Source: an uncultured Candidatus Binatia bacterium (GTDB taxonomy: Bacteria > Desulfobacterota > Binatia > UBA9968 > JAJDTQ01). From it: DNA of 64,000 nt. Positions 44,944-55,289 of this stretch are shown in pieces. The position numbers and the translations under genes are program-made. Numbering within the stretch: position 1 is the stretch's first letter; each line of letters starts with the position of its first letter. The DNA is taken from positions 2,287,318 to 2,351,317 of the forward strand of contig CBDCOS010000002.1 in NCBI GenBank assembly GCA_965219905.1. Direction: 5' to 3'. The notes under the pieces were generated by a model. It saw only the letters and a program-made list of their open reading frames with translations, had not been told where the DNA came from and searched no databases.

Positions 44944-45927
44944 TCAAGCGGCCCCCAGTGCCGTCACCACCGCGATGACGCCCGCCACGGTGATGCCGGA
45001 GAAGATCGTGGTCCAGAACACCACGTCGCCGGTGAGCTCGGCGTCGCCGTCGAGCTTGATGGTGAGGATCAGGGTGTTGACGGCGGTGGGGGCGGCGGCG
45101 CCGATGACGAGGTGGGCGCCGGGCCAGGGCCATAGGCCGAAGGCGTAGGCCGCGGCGCCGATGAGCGCGGGCAGGGCCAGGAGCTTGACGACGGCGATGG
45201 GCACGACCTCGCGCCACCGTCGCCAGCGAGCGCCCCGGGCGAGCTGCGCGCCCAAGGCGACGAGCATCATGGGCACCAGCGCGCCGGCCAGCGAGCGCAG
45301 GGGAAAGGAGGCCCAGACCGGCAGGAAGTCCGCGCCGCTGAACGACCTGAGACGGATCTCCCGAAGCACGAAGGAGGTCACCAGCGCGTAGGGTATGGGG
45401 AGCTTGAAGATGCCCAGGGCCTCACGTGCGCGGCCGCCCTTGGCCACAGCCAACACCACGTACCCCAGGATCCAGACCAGCAGGTTGCTGAGCATCACCA
45501 CCAGCGCCTGGACGTGCAGGCCCGCTTCCGTGTCCGGTTGGCCCTGGAACAGCGTGCCGCCCTGGATGTAGAGCAGGTGGGCCACCGGGATGCCGAAGTT
45601 GCCGGCGTTGAACACGATGCTGCCGAGGATGGCGGCGGCGACGGCCTCGTTGGGGGCGCCGATGGCGCGGCCGCCGGCGAACAACAGCACCCCCAGCACG
45701 CCCAGGACGATCAGGAAGACCAGGGCGATGAGGCCGATCTCGCCCCAGGGGATGTCACTGTCGTAGATCTTGACCAGCAGGAACGACGGCACCAGCAGGT
45801 ACATGCTGATGAGGGCGAGGGTGTCCAGGCTCAGCGACTGGTAGCGCTGGAGCAGCGTGCCGAAGCCCACCATGAGCAACAGCGGCAGCAGGATGTTGTA
45901 GAGGATCTGGCCGGTGTGTTGCAGCAT
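44944..45927 (-). CDS. AEC (auxin efflux carrier) family transporter
   Basis: FNAGNFGIP, PMMLVALG, KLLALP, APTAVN; about 10 TM segments. Confidence 0.88.
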   Translation of the reverse strand: MLQHTGQILYNILLPLLLMVGFGTLLQRYQSLSLDTLALISMYLLVPSFLLVKIYDSDIPWGEIGLIALVFLIVLGVLGVLLFAGGRAIGAPNEAVAAAILGSIVFNAGNFGIPVAHLLYIQGGTLFQGQPDTEAGLHVQALVVMLSNLLVWILGYVVLAVAKGGRAREALGIFKLPIPYALVTSFVLREIRLRSFSGADFLPVWASFPLRSLAGALVPMMLVALGAQLARGARWRRWREVVPIAVVKLLALPALIGAAAYAFGLWPWPGAHLVIGAAAPTAVNTLILTIKLDGDAELTGDVVFWTTIFSGITVAGVIAVVTALGAA

Positions 45928-46104
45928 GGCGTGGGGGAGGGATGTGCTACCGGCCCGTGCGCGGCCCGGATCGCCGGGCAGGTTGCCGGCGTGCGATGGC
46001 GAGGCCTGGGGGCAGAAACACTCCGGCGCTCCGAGGCTCCCGCGTGGGCAGGTCCCCGAAGCGCCGGCTGGTGACTATGCTAATGACTCTCGACTACGCC
46101 GCGC

Positions 46105-46590
46105 CTACCCTGCGGATTCCGCGAAGAACTTGCCTGGCATCTCGATGGGCGGCAGGGTCTTGTTCTCCTCCGAGTCGGAAGGGATCTCCTTGCCGTCGGG
46201 GCCGAGGCGCGCGTCGTCGCCCCGCGGCGGCGTGGCGTCGATGCCGCAGCCGATGCGCAGCACCACGAGGTTGCCGTCGCCGGTGTTGAGGTAGCGGTAG
46301 TAGGCGCCCTTGGGGATCATGATCCCCTGGTACTTGTCGATCTTCAGCTCGTTGCCCTTCTCGTCGAACACCGACATCTGGCCTTCCAGCACTACGAACG
46401 AATGGTCCTCGTCCAGGTGGCAGTGGACCGCGTTCTCCCCGCCCTCGGAGTTGATCTTGGTGTGGATCCACATGTTGTCGGTCTTGGCCACGAGCTGGGT
46501 GACCCGGCCCTGCTGCATGTAGGGGGTCTTGAGCGAATACCTGTAGGCCTTGGGGTGTTCGACCTCTTGCTTCTCTGCGAGTGCTTCCAT
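46105..46590 (-). CDS. Cupin domain protein
   Basis: GGENAVHCH..EDHSFVVLEG, IPKGAYY. Confidence 0.8.
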   Translation of the reverse strand: MEALAEKQEVEHPKAYRYSLKTPYMQQGRVTQLVAKTDNMWIHTKINSEGGENAVHCHLDEDHSFVVLEGQMSVFDEKGNELKIDKYQGIMIPKGAYYRYLNTGDGNLVVLRIGCGIDATPPRGDDARLGPDGKEIPSDSEENKTLPPIEMPGKFFAESAG

Positions 46591-46669
46591 GGTGAACTCC
46601 TTTCCGAACGTTTCGTGTCCTGTCCGTCAGTGATGAGAGCCCGCCCAGGCGGTCCCGGGCGCCGTTCCT

Positions 46670-47731
46670 TCAGGCGTTGACGCCCCCCAGCTTGAGGTCG
46701 TACAGCCGAAGCACGTTCTCGCGCACGACCTTGCGGAAGATGTCCTTGGGCAAATGCCCCAGCTCGTCGGCGATGACCTGGCGGGAGTGCGGCCAGGTGG
46801 ACGCCGCGTGGGGGTAGTCGTTGGACCACATGCAGGTCTCGCTGCCCCACCAGTCCAGCAGACGGCCGCCCGTCGGGTCGCTGAAGAAAGTGGCGTAGAA
46901 CTGCTCGTTGCAGTACTCGCTGGGGAGCTTCTTCATGTGCGGCAGCGGCGCGCGCGTGGCGTGGCGCTTGAAGTACTTGTCCCACTCGTGGAGGTAGAAC
47001 GGCACCCACGAGATCTCGTTCTCCACGTAGACGAATTTGAGGTCCGGGTAGTTGGACATGGGGCCGCCGAAGACCAGGTCGAACAGCGTGTTGGCGGCGT
47101 CCGCCAGCTTCTGGTTGACGGTCATGCGGTAGATGTCCAGGCCGTGCCGCTCGTAGCGGCTGTAGTTGAAGCCCGTCAGGATGTGCAGGTTGACCGGCAT
47201 CTGGAGATCCTGGGCCGCCTCCCAGAACGGGTTGTAGTGGTCGCTGGTGAAGGGAAGGTGGTCCGGCGGCACCTGCCAGATCAGGACGCCCACCAGCCCG
47301 GCCTTCTTGCAGCGCTCCATCTCCTTGATGGCGTTGTCGACGTTGTAGAGCGAGACCGACGGCACGCCCACGAGCTTGTCGGGGTGCACGTTGCAGTAGT
47401 CGATGAGCCAGTCGTTGGCGAGCTCGAAGCAGGCTTCCTGAAGCTCCGCGTCCTCCAGGGCGAAAAGGCGCAGCCCCAGGGTCGGGTAAAGCACCTCGGC
47501 CGACACCCCGTCCACCGCCATCTCCTCGACCCGCGCCTTGGGGTCGTAGCCCCCAGGCTTCTCGCCGATGGCGTTCCGGGGCGGAAACTCGGGATACCTG
47601 CCCTTGAAGCTCGCCGGCAGGTTGTTCACCCACAGGTCCGTGGGCTCCATGATGTGGGAGTCCGCGGACACGACGATCTCGCCGGCCAGTTCCTCCAGGG
47701 CACTCGTTGCGGTTGACTCGCTTACACTCAA
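46670..47731 (-). CDS. Amidohydrolase family 2 protein
   Basis: SADSH, LYPT, NLH, WSNDYPH; TTG start after AGAGGGGA. Confidence 0.9.
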   Translation of the reverse strand: MSVSESTATSALEELAGEIVVSADSHIMEPTDLWVNNLPASFKGRYPEFPPRNAIGEKPGGYDPKARVEEMAVDGVSAEVLYPTLGLRLFALEDAELQEACFELANDWLIDYCNVHPDKLVGVPSVSLYNVDNAIKEMERCKKAGLVGVLIWQVPPDHLPFTSDHYNPFWEAAQDLQMPVNLHILTGFNYSRYERHGLDIYRMTVNQKLADAANTLFDLVFGGPMSNYPDLKFVYVENEISWVPFYLHEWDKYFKRHATRAPLPHMKKLPSEYCNEQFYATFFSDPTGGRLLDWWGSETCMWSNDYPHAASTWPHSRQVIADELGHLPKDIFRKVVRENVLRLYDLKLGGVNA

Positions 47732-48012
47732 AGTAGTTCCCCTCTTTCTTTTATTGTTCAGGTACTTCTTATGCCTTTTTGGGCGGTTTTGTCCACCGCT
47801 TGTCATCCAGGTTGACCGACGTGCTTTACGAGATGGAGTGGAGCGCCGAAAATGATCGAGACACGACTGAGCGAGGGGTCTGCATGGGAAATTTCTGTTA
47901 GAATTCCAGACGGCTACCAGTGGCCCCTTGACTTCCGAGAAGGCCTGGAGATGTATGGATTAACCTGGAACCGCTGTAACCATGTTGTTGTCGCGCTTCA
48001 AGGAGGTAGCCC

Positions 48013-48282
48013 ATGGCGAAAGCAGTGAAGCCGAACCGGGAGATCATTCAGAATGCGGTAGACAAGAACTACCAGGCATTCCGCAAGCAACTCCCGACAC
48101 TTCTGGAGACTCACCCAGGTCAATTCGCCCTCCTACGCGATGAGCAGATCATCGACTTCTTCGGAACGGCACAAGAGGCAGCCGCGTACGCTCAGAGCAA
48201 CTTTGATGATGAGTTGTATTCCGTTCAGGAGGTGACGGACACGGCGGTTGATCTCGGGTGGTTCTCCCATGCCGTCCATTAG
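48013..48282 (+). CDS. Small DUF5678-like protein
   Basis: NYQAF..LL..HPGQFALL..IIDFF pattern; AAGGAGG RBS; overlaps the next gene. Confidence 0.6.
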   Translation: MAKAVKPNREIIQNAVDKNYQAFRKQLPTLLETHPGQFALLRDEQIIDFFGTAQEAAAYAQSNFDDELYSVQEVTDTAVDLGWFSHAVH

Positions 48283-48718
48283 GAAGAGTTTCGATCCGCG
48301 AATCGGGCCCATCATCACATTCGGCATAGCCAAACCCAACCCTTCCGCAAAACCACGGCAACCCGCCTTACACCCGGAGGCACTCGGGGTGAGTGCGCTG
48401 GTGGACACTGGTGCAGCCAGAACATGCGTCACGGAGGAGATTGCCCGGAAAGCCGGCCTTCGAGTCATGGGAAAGACTTCCATCAGTTCAGTGCATGGAA
48501 CCGAAGATGCCAACGTCTACCTTGCCGACATCCTGTTGTTCGTCGACCTTCGGGAGGACCGTGGCGTGGTACCCCTTCCAGGATGCTTTACAACCAACGT
48601 ACCTCTGGTCGAGTTTGTGACGAACTCGCCGAATTTCGATGCTCTTCTGGGAAGGGATTTGCTTTGTCTATGTGACTTCCGGATGACCAGGAGGCATGAG
48701 TTTGTCATAAGCTACTAG
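48269..48718 (+). CDS. Retropepsin-like (clan AA) aspartyl protease
   Basis: ALVDTGA and LLGRDLL motifs. Confidence 0.85.
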   Translation: MPSIRKSFDPRIGPIITFGIAKPNPSAKPRQPALHPEALGVSALVDTGAARTCVTEEIARKAGLRVMGKTSISSVHGTEDANVYLADILLFVDLREDRGVVPLPGCFTTNVPLVEFVTNSPNFDALLGRDLLCLCDFRMTRRHEFVISY

Positions 48719-48886
48719 GCTCTCCTCTTGCAGCGCCCCGTTTAGCCGTTCCCGACGCCAATCCTTCGAAATTGCAGGCATCGAGTGCTTCGCGCCCATG
48801 CACTTGAGGGTCCAGTGTGTTATGAGGACTTCTGCACTGTGGTGGGGCGCGTATCCCGCCGCGAAATCAATCACCGGAGGCAACTC

Positions 48887-49843
48887 ATGACGACCATGAT
48901 CACGGGCGCGGGGCTGGTGGGCTCCCAGATCGCGCGCATCCTCGTGCAGCAGGGCGAGAAGCCCGTCCTTTTCGATATCGCACCCAATCTCACCGCGCTG
49001 GCGGACGTAGTAGGGGACGTGGGCGCGGTCACGCTGTTCCGCGGCGACCTGCTGAACCCGTTCGATCTCGGCAAGGTCATCAACGAGCACGGCATCACCC
49101 GCATCGTCCACACCGCCGCCTATCCCAACCTCGGTACCGGCGCCCAGGAGAATCCTTACGGCGCCATCCAGGTGAACATCATGGGCACCGCCAACGTGCT
49201 GGAGGCGGCGCGGCTCCACGGCGCGGAGCGGGTGGTGATGATCAGCACCGCGGCCGTGGCCCGGGGGATCGCCGGCGGTGAGGACAACGGCGACCACAGC
49301 AAGGAAGAGGCGCTGCCCCGGCCCAGCTCCTTCTACTCGGCCACCAAGCAGGCGGGCGAGAACCTGGGCTACAACTACGCGCGCTCCCACGGCGTCGACT
49401 TCCGCGCCGTACGCTTCCCCAACGTGTGCGGCCCCTGGATCCCCGGCGGCGGCGGCCGCCCCAGCGCCATGTTCCGCACCCTGGTGGAGAAGTCCGTGGA
49501 CGGCGTCGAGCACACCGTCCCGCCCGGCGTCATGGAATGGCTCTATTCCAAGGACGCCGCCCGCGGCGTGGTGCTGGCCCTCCAGACCGAGGGCGTCAAG
49601 AGCCGCATCTTCAACCTCGGCGTCGGCAAGCCCTACGACAACCAGGAGCTCATCGACATCTTCAAGCAGGTGGTGCCCGGCGCCAGGCTCAGCATCGACG
49701 ACAGCGCTACCACGTCGCAGACCTCCTCGGTCTTCCTGGACATCACGCGCGCCCAGACCGAACTGGGCTTCGACGCGGAGTACGACATCCCTGCGGCGGT
49801 GACGGACTTCGTGGGCTGGTACCGGCGGCTCAAGGCTCGATGA
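48887..49843 (+). CDS. NAD-dependent epimerase/dehydratase
   Basis: TGAGLVG, HTAA, NIMGT, YSATK. Confidence 0.9.
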   Translation: MTTMITGAGLVGSQIARILVQQGEKPVLFDIAPNLTALADVVGDVGAVTLFRGDLLNPFDLGKVINEHGITRIVHTAAYPNLGTGAQENPYGAIQVNIMGTANVLEAARLHGAERVVMISTAAVARGIAGGEDNGDHSKEEALPRPSSFYSATKQAGENLGYNYARSHGVDFRAVRFPNVCGPWIPGGGGRPSAMFRTLVEKSVDGVEHTVPPGVMEWLYSKDAARGVVLALQTEGVKSRIFNLGVGKPYDNQELIDIFKQVVPGARLSIDDSATTSQTSSVFLDITRAQTELGFDAEYDIPAAVTDFVGWYRRLKAR

Positions 49844-49907
49844 TCCGAAGGGGCGGGTTTCAAAAAACCGCCGGTTGCGGACACTCCTTTAGAAAGAGGA
49901 AATTGCC

Positions 49908-50786
49908 ATGGCCGATACCCCCGAATACGTACCTCCCAAAGTCTGGACGTGGGAACGCGAGAACGGCGGCCGGTTCGCCAACATCAACCGGCCCGTCTCC
50001 GGCGCGACCCATGAAAAGACCCTGCCCCGTGGCGAACACAACCTCCAGCTCTATTCGCTGGGCACGCCCAACGGCGTCAAGGTAACGATCATGCTCGAGG
50101 AACTGCTGGCCGCCGGGCACGGCGGCGCGGAGTACGACGCCTGGATCATCAATATCCGCGAGGGCGACCAGTTCGGCTCCGGGTTCGTGGCCATCAATCC
50201 CAACTCGAAGATCCCGGCGCTGGTGGACTGCTCCACGCCCGCGCCCACGCGGGTGTTCGAGTCGGGCTCGATCCTCCTCTACCTGGCCGACAAGTTCGGC
50301 GCCTTCGTCCCGGAGGACACGTCGGAGCGGGCCGAGTGCCTCTCATGGCTGTTCTGGCAGATGGGCTCCGCCCCCTACCTCGGCGGCGGCTTCGGACACT
50401 TCTACGCCTACGCCCCCTACAAGATGGAGTACCCCATCGACCGCTTCACCATGGAGGTGAAGCGCCAGCTCGACGTGCTCGACAAGCGGCTGGCCGAGAA
50501 CCGCTACCTGGCCGGCGACGTCTACACCATCGCTGACATGGCCGTCTGGCCGTGGTACGGCGTCCTCACAATGGCGGACAGCCTTTACGGCGCTGCCGAG
50601 TTCCTCGACTCGCAATCGTACAGGAACGTGTTGCGCTGGCGTGACGAGATCGCGGGGCGCGATGCGGTGAAACGCGGGCGCATCGTCAACAAGACCAGCG
50701 GTCCGCTCGATCAGCAGCTCCGCGAGCGCCACGACGCCTCCGACTTCGAGCTCCGGACGCAGGACAAGCTCGAGGCGGCGGAGTAG
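49908..50786 (+). CDS. yghU: Glutathione-dependent disulfide-bond oxidoreductase
   Basis: YVPPKVWTW, NINRP, LYSLGTPNG, NPNSKIP, WQMGSAPYLGGGFGHFY, RERHDASDF. Confidence 0.93.
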   Translation: MADTPEYVPPKVWTWERENGGRFANINRPVSGATHEKTLPRGEHNLQLYSLGTPNGVKVTIMLEELLAAGHGGAEYDAWIINIREGDQFGSGFVAINPNSKIPALVDCSTPAPTRVFESGSILLYLADKFGAFVPEDTSERAECLSWLFWQMGSAPYLGGGFGHFYAYAPYKMEYPIDRFTMEVKRQLDVLDKRLAENRYLAGDVYTIADMAVWPWYGVLTMADSLYGAAEFLDSQSYRNVLRWRDEIAGRDAVKRGRIVNKTSGPLDQQLRERHDASDFELRTQDKLEAAE

Positions 50787-50831
50787 CACACCGGGTCCGC
50801 CGGCAAGTGCTTCGGTAACGTAGCGGAGGAA

Positions 50832-52154
50832 TTGGTGGGAGTCCCAGACTCCGGCGGCGACGTGCATCGGGAATCCGGCGTCACCTGGCGCCGGTTGTTC
50901 GCCGTATTCTGGCGCATCGGAATCCTCTCCTTCGGCGGCCCGGCCGCGCAGATCGCGCTCATGCACCGTGTCCTGGTGGAGGAGGAACGGTGGCTCGACG
51001 AGCCAAGGTTCCTGGGCGCGCTGAGCTTCTGCATGCTGCTGCCCGGCCCCGAGGCCATGCAACTCGCCACCTATTCGGGGTGGCAGCTTCGCGGCGTGCC
51101 CGGGGGGTTGGTGGCAGGCCTCCTGTTCGTGGTCCCGGGCGCCCTGGTGGTGCTCGGGCTGGCGATGCTCTACGCGGCGGGAGGCCACCTGCCGCTGGTG
51201 GCCGCGCTGTTCCTTGGGATCAAGGGCGCGGTCCTGGTCATCGTCATCGAGGCCCTGCTGAGGGTGGCGAACAGGGCGCTGCATTCAGCCGTGCACTGGA
51301 TCGTCGCGGCCTTGGCCTTCGTGGGAATCTTCTTACTGTCGGTCCCGTTCCCGGTCATCATCCTGGCAGCCGCGCTGGCTGGGTTTCTTCTTTTGGGAGG
51401 CCAGAGCACCGGAGATGCCAAGCCGCCCGGCCGTGGCGGCGGGTCGCTGTCCGGCACGGCGAGAACCGTTGCGTTATGGATGGCTGTCTGGTGGACGCCG
51501 GTGCTGCTGTTGGCTGCCGTGGGCGGCTACGACATTCTGGTGCAGATCGGCAACTTCTTCTCCCGCCTCGCGGTGGTCACGTTCGGCGGAGCCTACGCTG
51601 TGCTCGCCTACCTGGCGCAGGACGTGGTGACCCACAAGGGCTGGCTGAGCGCCGGCGAAATGATGGACGGCCTGGGGCTTGCAGAAACCACCCCCGGGCC
51701 GCTGATCCTGGTCACGGAGTTCGTCGGCTACATCGCGGGATACCGGGCGGGCGGGCTGAGCATGGGAATCGCCGGCGCGCTGGTCACGCTCTGGGTTACG
51801 TTCGCACCCTGCTTCCTGTGGATATTCGCCGGCGCGCCCTACATCGAGCAGTTCACGGCCCAGCCGCGGCTAAAGGGCGCCCTGGAGGCCATCACGGCCG
51901 CGGTGGTGGGCGTCATCCTCAACCTCTCCATCTGGTTCAGCCTGCACGTCCTGTTCGCCGAGCTGTCGTCCCACCAGAGCGGTCCGGTCAAGCTCCTGGT
52001 GCCGGACTGGTACTCCCTGGATTGGCGGGCCCTGGCGGTCGGCGCCGTCAGCGCGGTCATGCTCCTCTGGCGACACCAGTCTCTGATGAAAACCCTGGGC
52101 GTTGCGGCGCTGATGGGCCTGGGGTTCGGTGCGATGGGTTACCTTTCCGGATGA
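50832..52154 (+). CDS. chrA: Chromate efflux transporter
   Basis: SFGGPAAQI, LPGPEAMQL, TFGGAYAVL, ETTPGPLI. Confidence 0.93.
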   Translation: MVGVPDSGGDVHRESGVTWRRLFAVFWRIGILSFGGPAAQIALMHRVLVEEERWLDEPRFLGALSFCMLLPGPEAMQLATYSGWQLRGVPGGLVAGLLFVVPGALVVLGLAMLYAAGGHLPLVAALFLGIKGAVLVIVIEALLRVANRALHSAVHWIVAALAFVGIFLLSVPFPVIILAAALAGFLLLGGQSTGDAKPPGRGGGSLSGTARTVALWMAVWWTPVLLLAAVGGYDILVQIGNFFSRLAVVTFGGAYAVLAYLAQDVVTHKGWLSAGEMMDGLGLAETTPGPLILVTEFVGYIAGYRAGGLSMGIAGALVTLWVTFAPCFLWIFAGAPYIEQFTAQPRLKGALEAITAAVVGVILNLSIWFSLHVLFAELSSHQSGPVKLLVPDWYSLDWRALAVGAVSAVMLLWRHQSLMKTLGVAALMGLGFGAMGYLSG

Positions 52155-52179
52155 TGGAACGGCGGAGGCGCCTCAACCC

Positions 52180-53208
52180 TCACAGGTTGTACAGCACCCG
52201 CGCGTTCCCGCCGGTGATTTTGGCTTTGACCTCCGGGCCCAGGCGCGGGTCGTTGGCGACGCCGTCTATGGCCAGCAGCTCGGTGGCGCTGTCCGCGTGG
52301 CCGTAGTCGGTGCCCACCACCAGGTTGTCCTCGCCGGCGTTGTCGATGATGTAGGGAAGATCGTCGGTGGTCTCGCACCCGACCCAGATCCGGCTCTTTG
52401 CCAGCAGTTCGTTCCGGTTGAACCCCTGCTCCTTTACGTACGGGCGCTTGTACAAGTCGGTCAGCGCGTAGGGGAGCCACTGCGCGCTGACCTCCAGGAA
52501 CCCCATCTTGAGCTTGGGGAATCGCTCGGGGATCCCGCCCGCGACGATGGTGTGGAAAGCCCCCACCACGACCAGCTTGAACTTCGAGAAGGCCACGGGC
52601 TCGTACTTGTAGTAGTCGTGCAGCACGGAGCTGCCGTTGGAGGCGTGGATGCACACCGGCATGTCCAGCCTGCCGGCGGCGTCGTACACCGGATAGAAGA
52701 AGGGGTCGTTCAGCAGCCGTTCGCCCTCGGAGCCGCGCATGTAGATGCCCACCGCGCCGTTCTCCTTGGCCAGCTTGGCCTCCTCGTACACCTGTTCCGG
52801 GCTGAGGAGCGGCACCACCGCCACCCAGCGCAGGCGGTTGTCGGACTGCTTCCAGCATTCCCCCATCCAGCGGTTGTAGCTGCGGCACAGCGCCAGCTCG
52901 ATCTCGGGCCGGGGGGTCAGCGGGATGATGAAGATGGTGGGGAAGATGACCTGGATGTCCACCTTGAGCTCGTCCATGTGCTTGAGCCTCATGGCCACGT
53001 CGCGCAGTTCGCGGGCCTCCACCGGCGTGTCCTTGCCCACGTTGCGGGTCTTGAGGCGCAGGGTGCCGTCCACCAGCCAGTACTCGTCCCCGGCGGCGCC
53101 GTTGGTGGAGCCGACGACCTCGGGCCGGTACTTCCGGTCGGCGCCGTCCATGAACTCCCAGGTCTCCTCGGTTTCGAGAACGTGTGCGTCCGCATCGATT
53201 CTGAGCAT
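52180..53208 (-). CDS. Amidohydrolase family 2 protein (tandem paralog B)
   Basis: DADAH, IFPT, CIH, GTDYGH. Confidence 0.9.
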   Translation of the reverse strand: MLRIDADAHVLETEETWEFMDGADRKYRPEVVGSTNGAAGDEYWLVDGTLRLKTRNVGKDTPVEARELRDVAMRLKHMDELKVDIQVIFPTIFIIPLTPRPEIELALCRSYNRWMGECWKQSDNRLRWVAVVPLLSPEQVYEEAKLAKENGAVGIYMRGSEGERLLNDPFFYPVYDAAGRLDMPVCIHASNGSSVLHDYYKYEPVAFSKFKLVVVGAFHTIVAGGIPERFPKLKMGFLEVSAQWLPYALTDLYKRPYVKEQGFNRNELLAKSRIWVGCETTDDLPYIIDNAGEDNLVVGTDYGHADSATELLAIDGVANDPRLGPEVKAKITGGNARVLYNL

Positions 53209-53325
53209 TTCGGTTCCCTCCCCTAGTGGGATTGCATTGACGCAGGCCGATTCTCGGCCTGATATTCGTGTCCTCTAACCGAAGTCCGGGAACGAATCAA
53301 CGCCCCTTCCACGCCGGCGCCGATC

Positions 53326-54357
53326 TCAAAGGTTGTACAGCGCCCGTGCGTTCCCCCCGGTGATCTTGGCGGCTACCTCCGGGCTCAGCCGCGGGTCGTT
53401 GGCGACTCCGTCCAGGGCCAGCAACTCGGTGGCGCTGTCGGCGTGGCCGTAGTCGGTGCCCACCACCAGGTGGTCCTCGCCCGCGGTTTCGACGACGTAG
53501 GGCAGGTCGTCGTTGGTCTCGCAGCCGATCCAGATGCGGTTCTGAGCCAGCAGCTCCTTCTTGTTCATCTCCCGGCCCGCCATGTGCTCGCGCTTGGAGA
53601 GGTCGCTCAGGGCGTAGGGCAGCCACTGGGAGCCCACCTCGAGGAAGGCCATCTTGAGCTTGGGGAACCGCTCGGGGATCTTGTCCATGACGATGGTGTG
53701 GAACGCTCCCACCACCACCAGCTTGAACTTCGAGAAGCCCACGGTCTCGTACTTGTAGTAGTCGTAGAGCACGGGGCTGCCGTTGGAGGAGTGGATGCAC
53801 ACCGGGATGTCCAGCTTCTCGGCGGCATCGTAGACCGCGTAGAAGTAGGGGTCGCTCAGCAGCCGTTCCCCCTCGGACCCACGCATGTAGATGCCCACGG
53901 CGCCGTTCTCCCTGGCCTGCCGGGCTTCGTCGTACACCTGGTCCGTGCTCAGCAGCGGCACCACCGCCACCCAGCGCAGGCGGTTGTCGGACTGCTTCCA
54001 GCATTCGCCCATCCAGCGGTTGTAGCTGCGGCACAGCGCCAGCTCGATCTCGGGCCGTGGGGTGAGCGGGATGATGAAGATGGTGGGGAAGATGACCTGG
54101 ATGTCCACCTTTAGCTCGTCCATGTGCTTGAGCCGCACCGCCACGTCCCGCAGTTCGCGCGACTCCAGCGGCGTGTCCTTGCCGACGTTGCGGGACTTGA
54201 GCCGCAGGGTGCCGTCCACCAGCCAGTACTCGTCGATTTCGCCGGAACCGTTCAGGGAGCCGACGATGTCCGGGCGGAACTTCCGATCGGCGCCGTCCAT
54301 GAACTCCCAGGTCTCCTCGGTTTCGAGAACGTGTGCGTCGGCATCGATTCTGAGCAT
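53326..54357 (-). CDS. Amidohydrolase family 2 protein (tandem paralog A)
   Basis: Highly similar to 52180-53208 over its full length. Confidence 0.9.
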   Translation of the reverse strand: MLRIDADAHVLETEETWEFMDGADRKFRPDIVGSLNGSGEIDEYWLVDGTLRLKSRNVGKDTPLESRELRDVAVRLKHMDELKVDIQVIFPTIFIIPLTPRPEIELALCRSYNRWMGECWKQSDNRLRWVAVVPLLSTDQVYDEARQARENGAVGIYMRGSEGERLLSDPYFYAVYDAAEKLDIPVCIHSSNGSPVLYDYYKYETVGFSKFKLVVVGAFHTIVMDKIPERFPKLKMAFLEVGSQWLPYALSDLSKREHMAGREMNKKELLAQNRIWIGCETNDDLPYVVETAGEDHLVVGTDYGHADSATELLALDGVANDPRLSPEVAAKITGGNARALYNL

Positions 54358-54430
54358 TTCCAGGCTCCTTTACGGGTAATGGTGGACAGGCGTCCGCAGC
54401 CGTGCGCTGTATCCGAAGTCAGGTCCCGTA

Positions 54431-55246
54431 TCAACGGCCCTGCCACTTCGGTGGCCGCTTCTCCACGAAGGCCAGCGGCCCTTCCTTGCAGTCTTCGGTG
54501 GTGAGGACCAGGGTGGCGAGATCGGACTCCAGGCGCAGCGCCTGCTCCAGCGGCAGGCCCTGGCCCTTGTGGACCGACTCCTTGATGTACCGAAGGGCCA
54601 GGGGCGCGCCCTTGGCGAAGGATGCCGCCATCTCCTCGCCGGCGCCCGTCAGCTCATCCACCGGCACCAGCTTGTTGACGAGCCCGATGCGGTACGCTTC
54701 CTGGGCGTCCACGAGCGCCCCGGATAGGCACATCTCCAGGGCCTTGGCGGCGCCCACGAGGCGGGCGAGCCGTTGCGTCCCGCCCGAACCCGGCATGAAG
54801 CCGAGCCGGACCTCGGTCACGCCCAACCGGGCGTTCTCCGCGGCGATGCGGATGTCGCAGGCCATGGCGATCAACAGGCCGGCTCCGACCGTGTAGCCGT
54901 GCAACAGCGCGATGGTAGGCTTCTGCACCAGCGCCACGGCATCGATGGGCGAATGGACCCCCGGAGCCTGCTTTGCCTGCCGGGCCTCCAGGGGAGACGC
55001 CGATGCCGCCGCCGGTTCGGCGTTGCGGCTGGCCCGCTCCTTGATGTCGCCGCCCACGGTAAAACCCTTCTCGCCGGCGCCCCGGAAGAGCACCACCTGG
55101 ACGTCCCGGTCCGCCTCCGCACGGGCACAGTACTCGATGATGAGCCGCCGCATCTCCTCGTTGATGGCGTTCAGCACCTCCGGGCGGTTCAGCGTGATCC
55201 AGGCGGTCTGGTCCTTTACTTCATAGAGAACCTTGTCGTCGCTCAT
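54431..55246 (-). CDS. Enoyl-CoA hydratase/isomerase family protein
   Basis: TLNRPEVLNA, GGDIKE, ACDIRIA, EVRLG..PGSGGTQRL. Confidence 0.92.
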   Translation of the reverse strand: MSDDKVLYEVKDQTAWITLNRPEVLNAINEEMRRLIIEYCARAEADRDVQVVLFRGAGEKGFTVGGDIKERASRNAEPAAASASPLEARQAKQAPGVHSPIDAVALVQKPTIALLHGYTVGAGLLIAMACDIRIAAENARLGVTEVRLGFMPGSGGTQRLARLVGAAKALEMCLSGALVDAQEAYRIGLVNKLVPVDELTGAGEEMAASFAKGAPLALRYIKESVHKGQGLPLEQALRLESDLATLVLTTEDCKEGPLAFVEKRPPKWQGR

Positions 55247-55289
55247 GGGCTTTGTCTCCAATCCTCGTCACCGCGGTGACGGGACGGGT

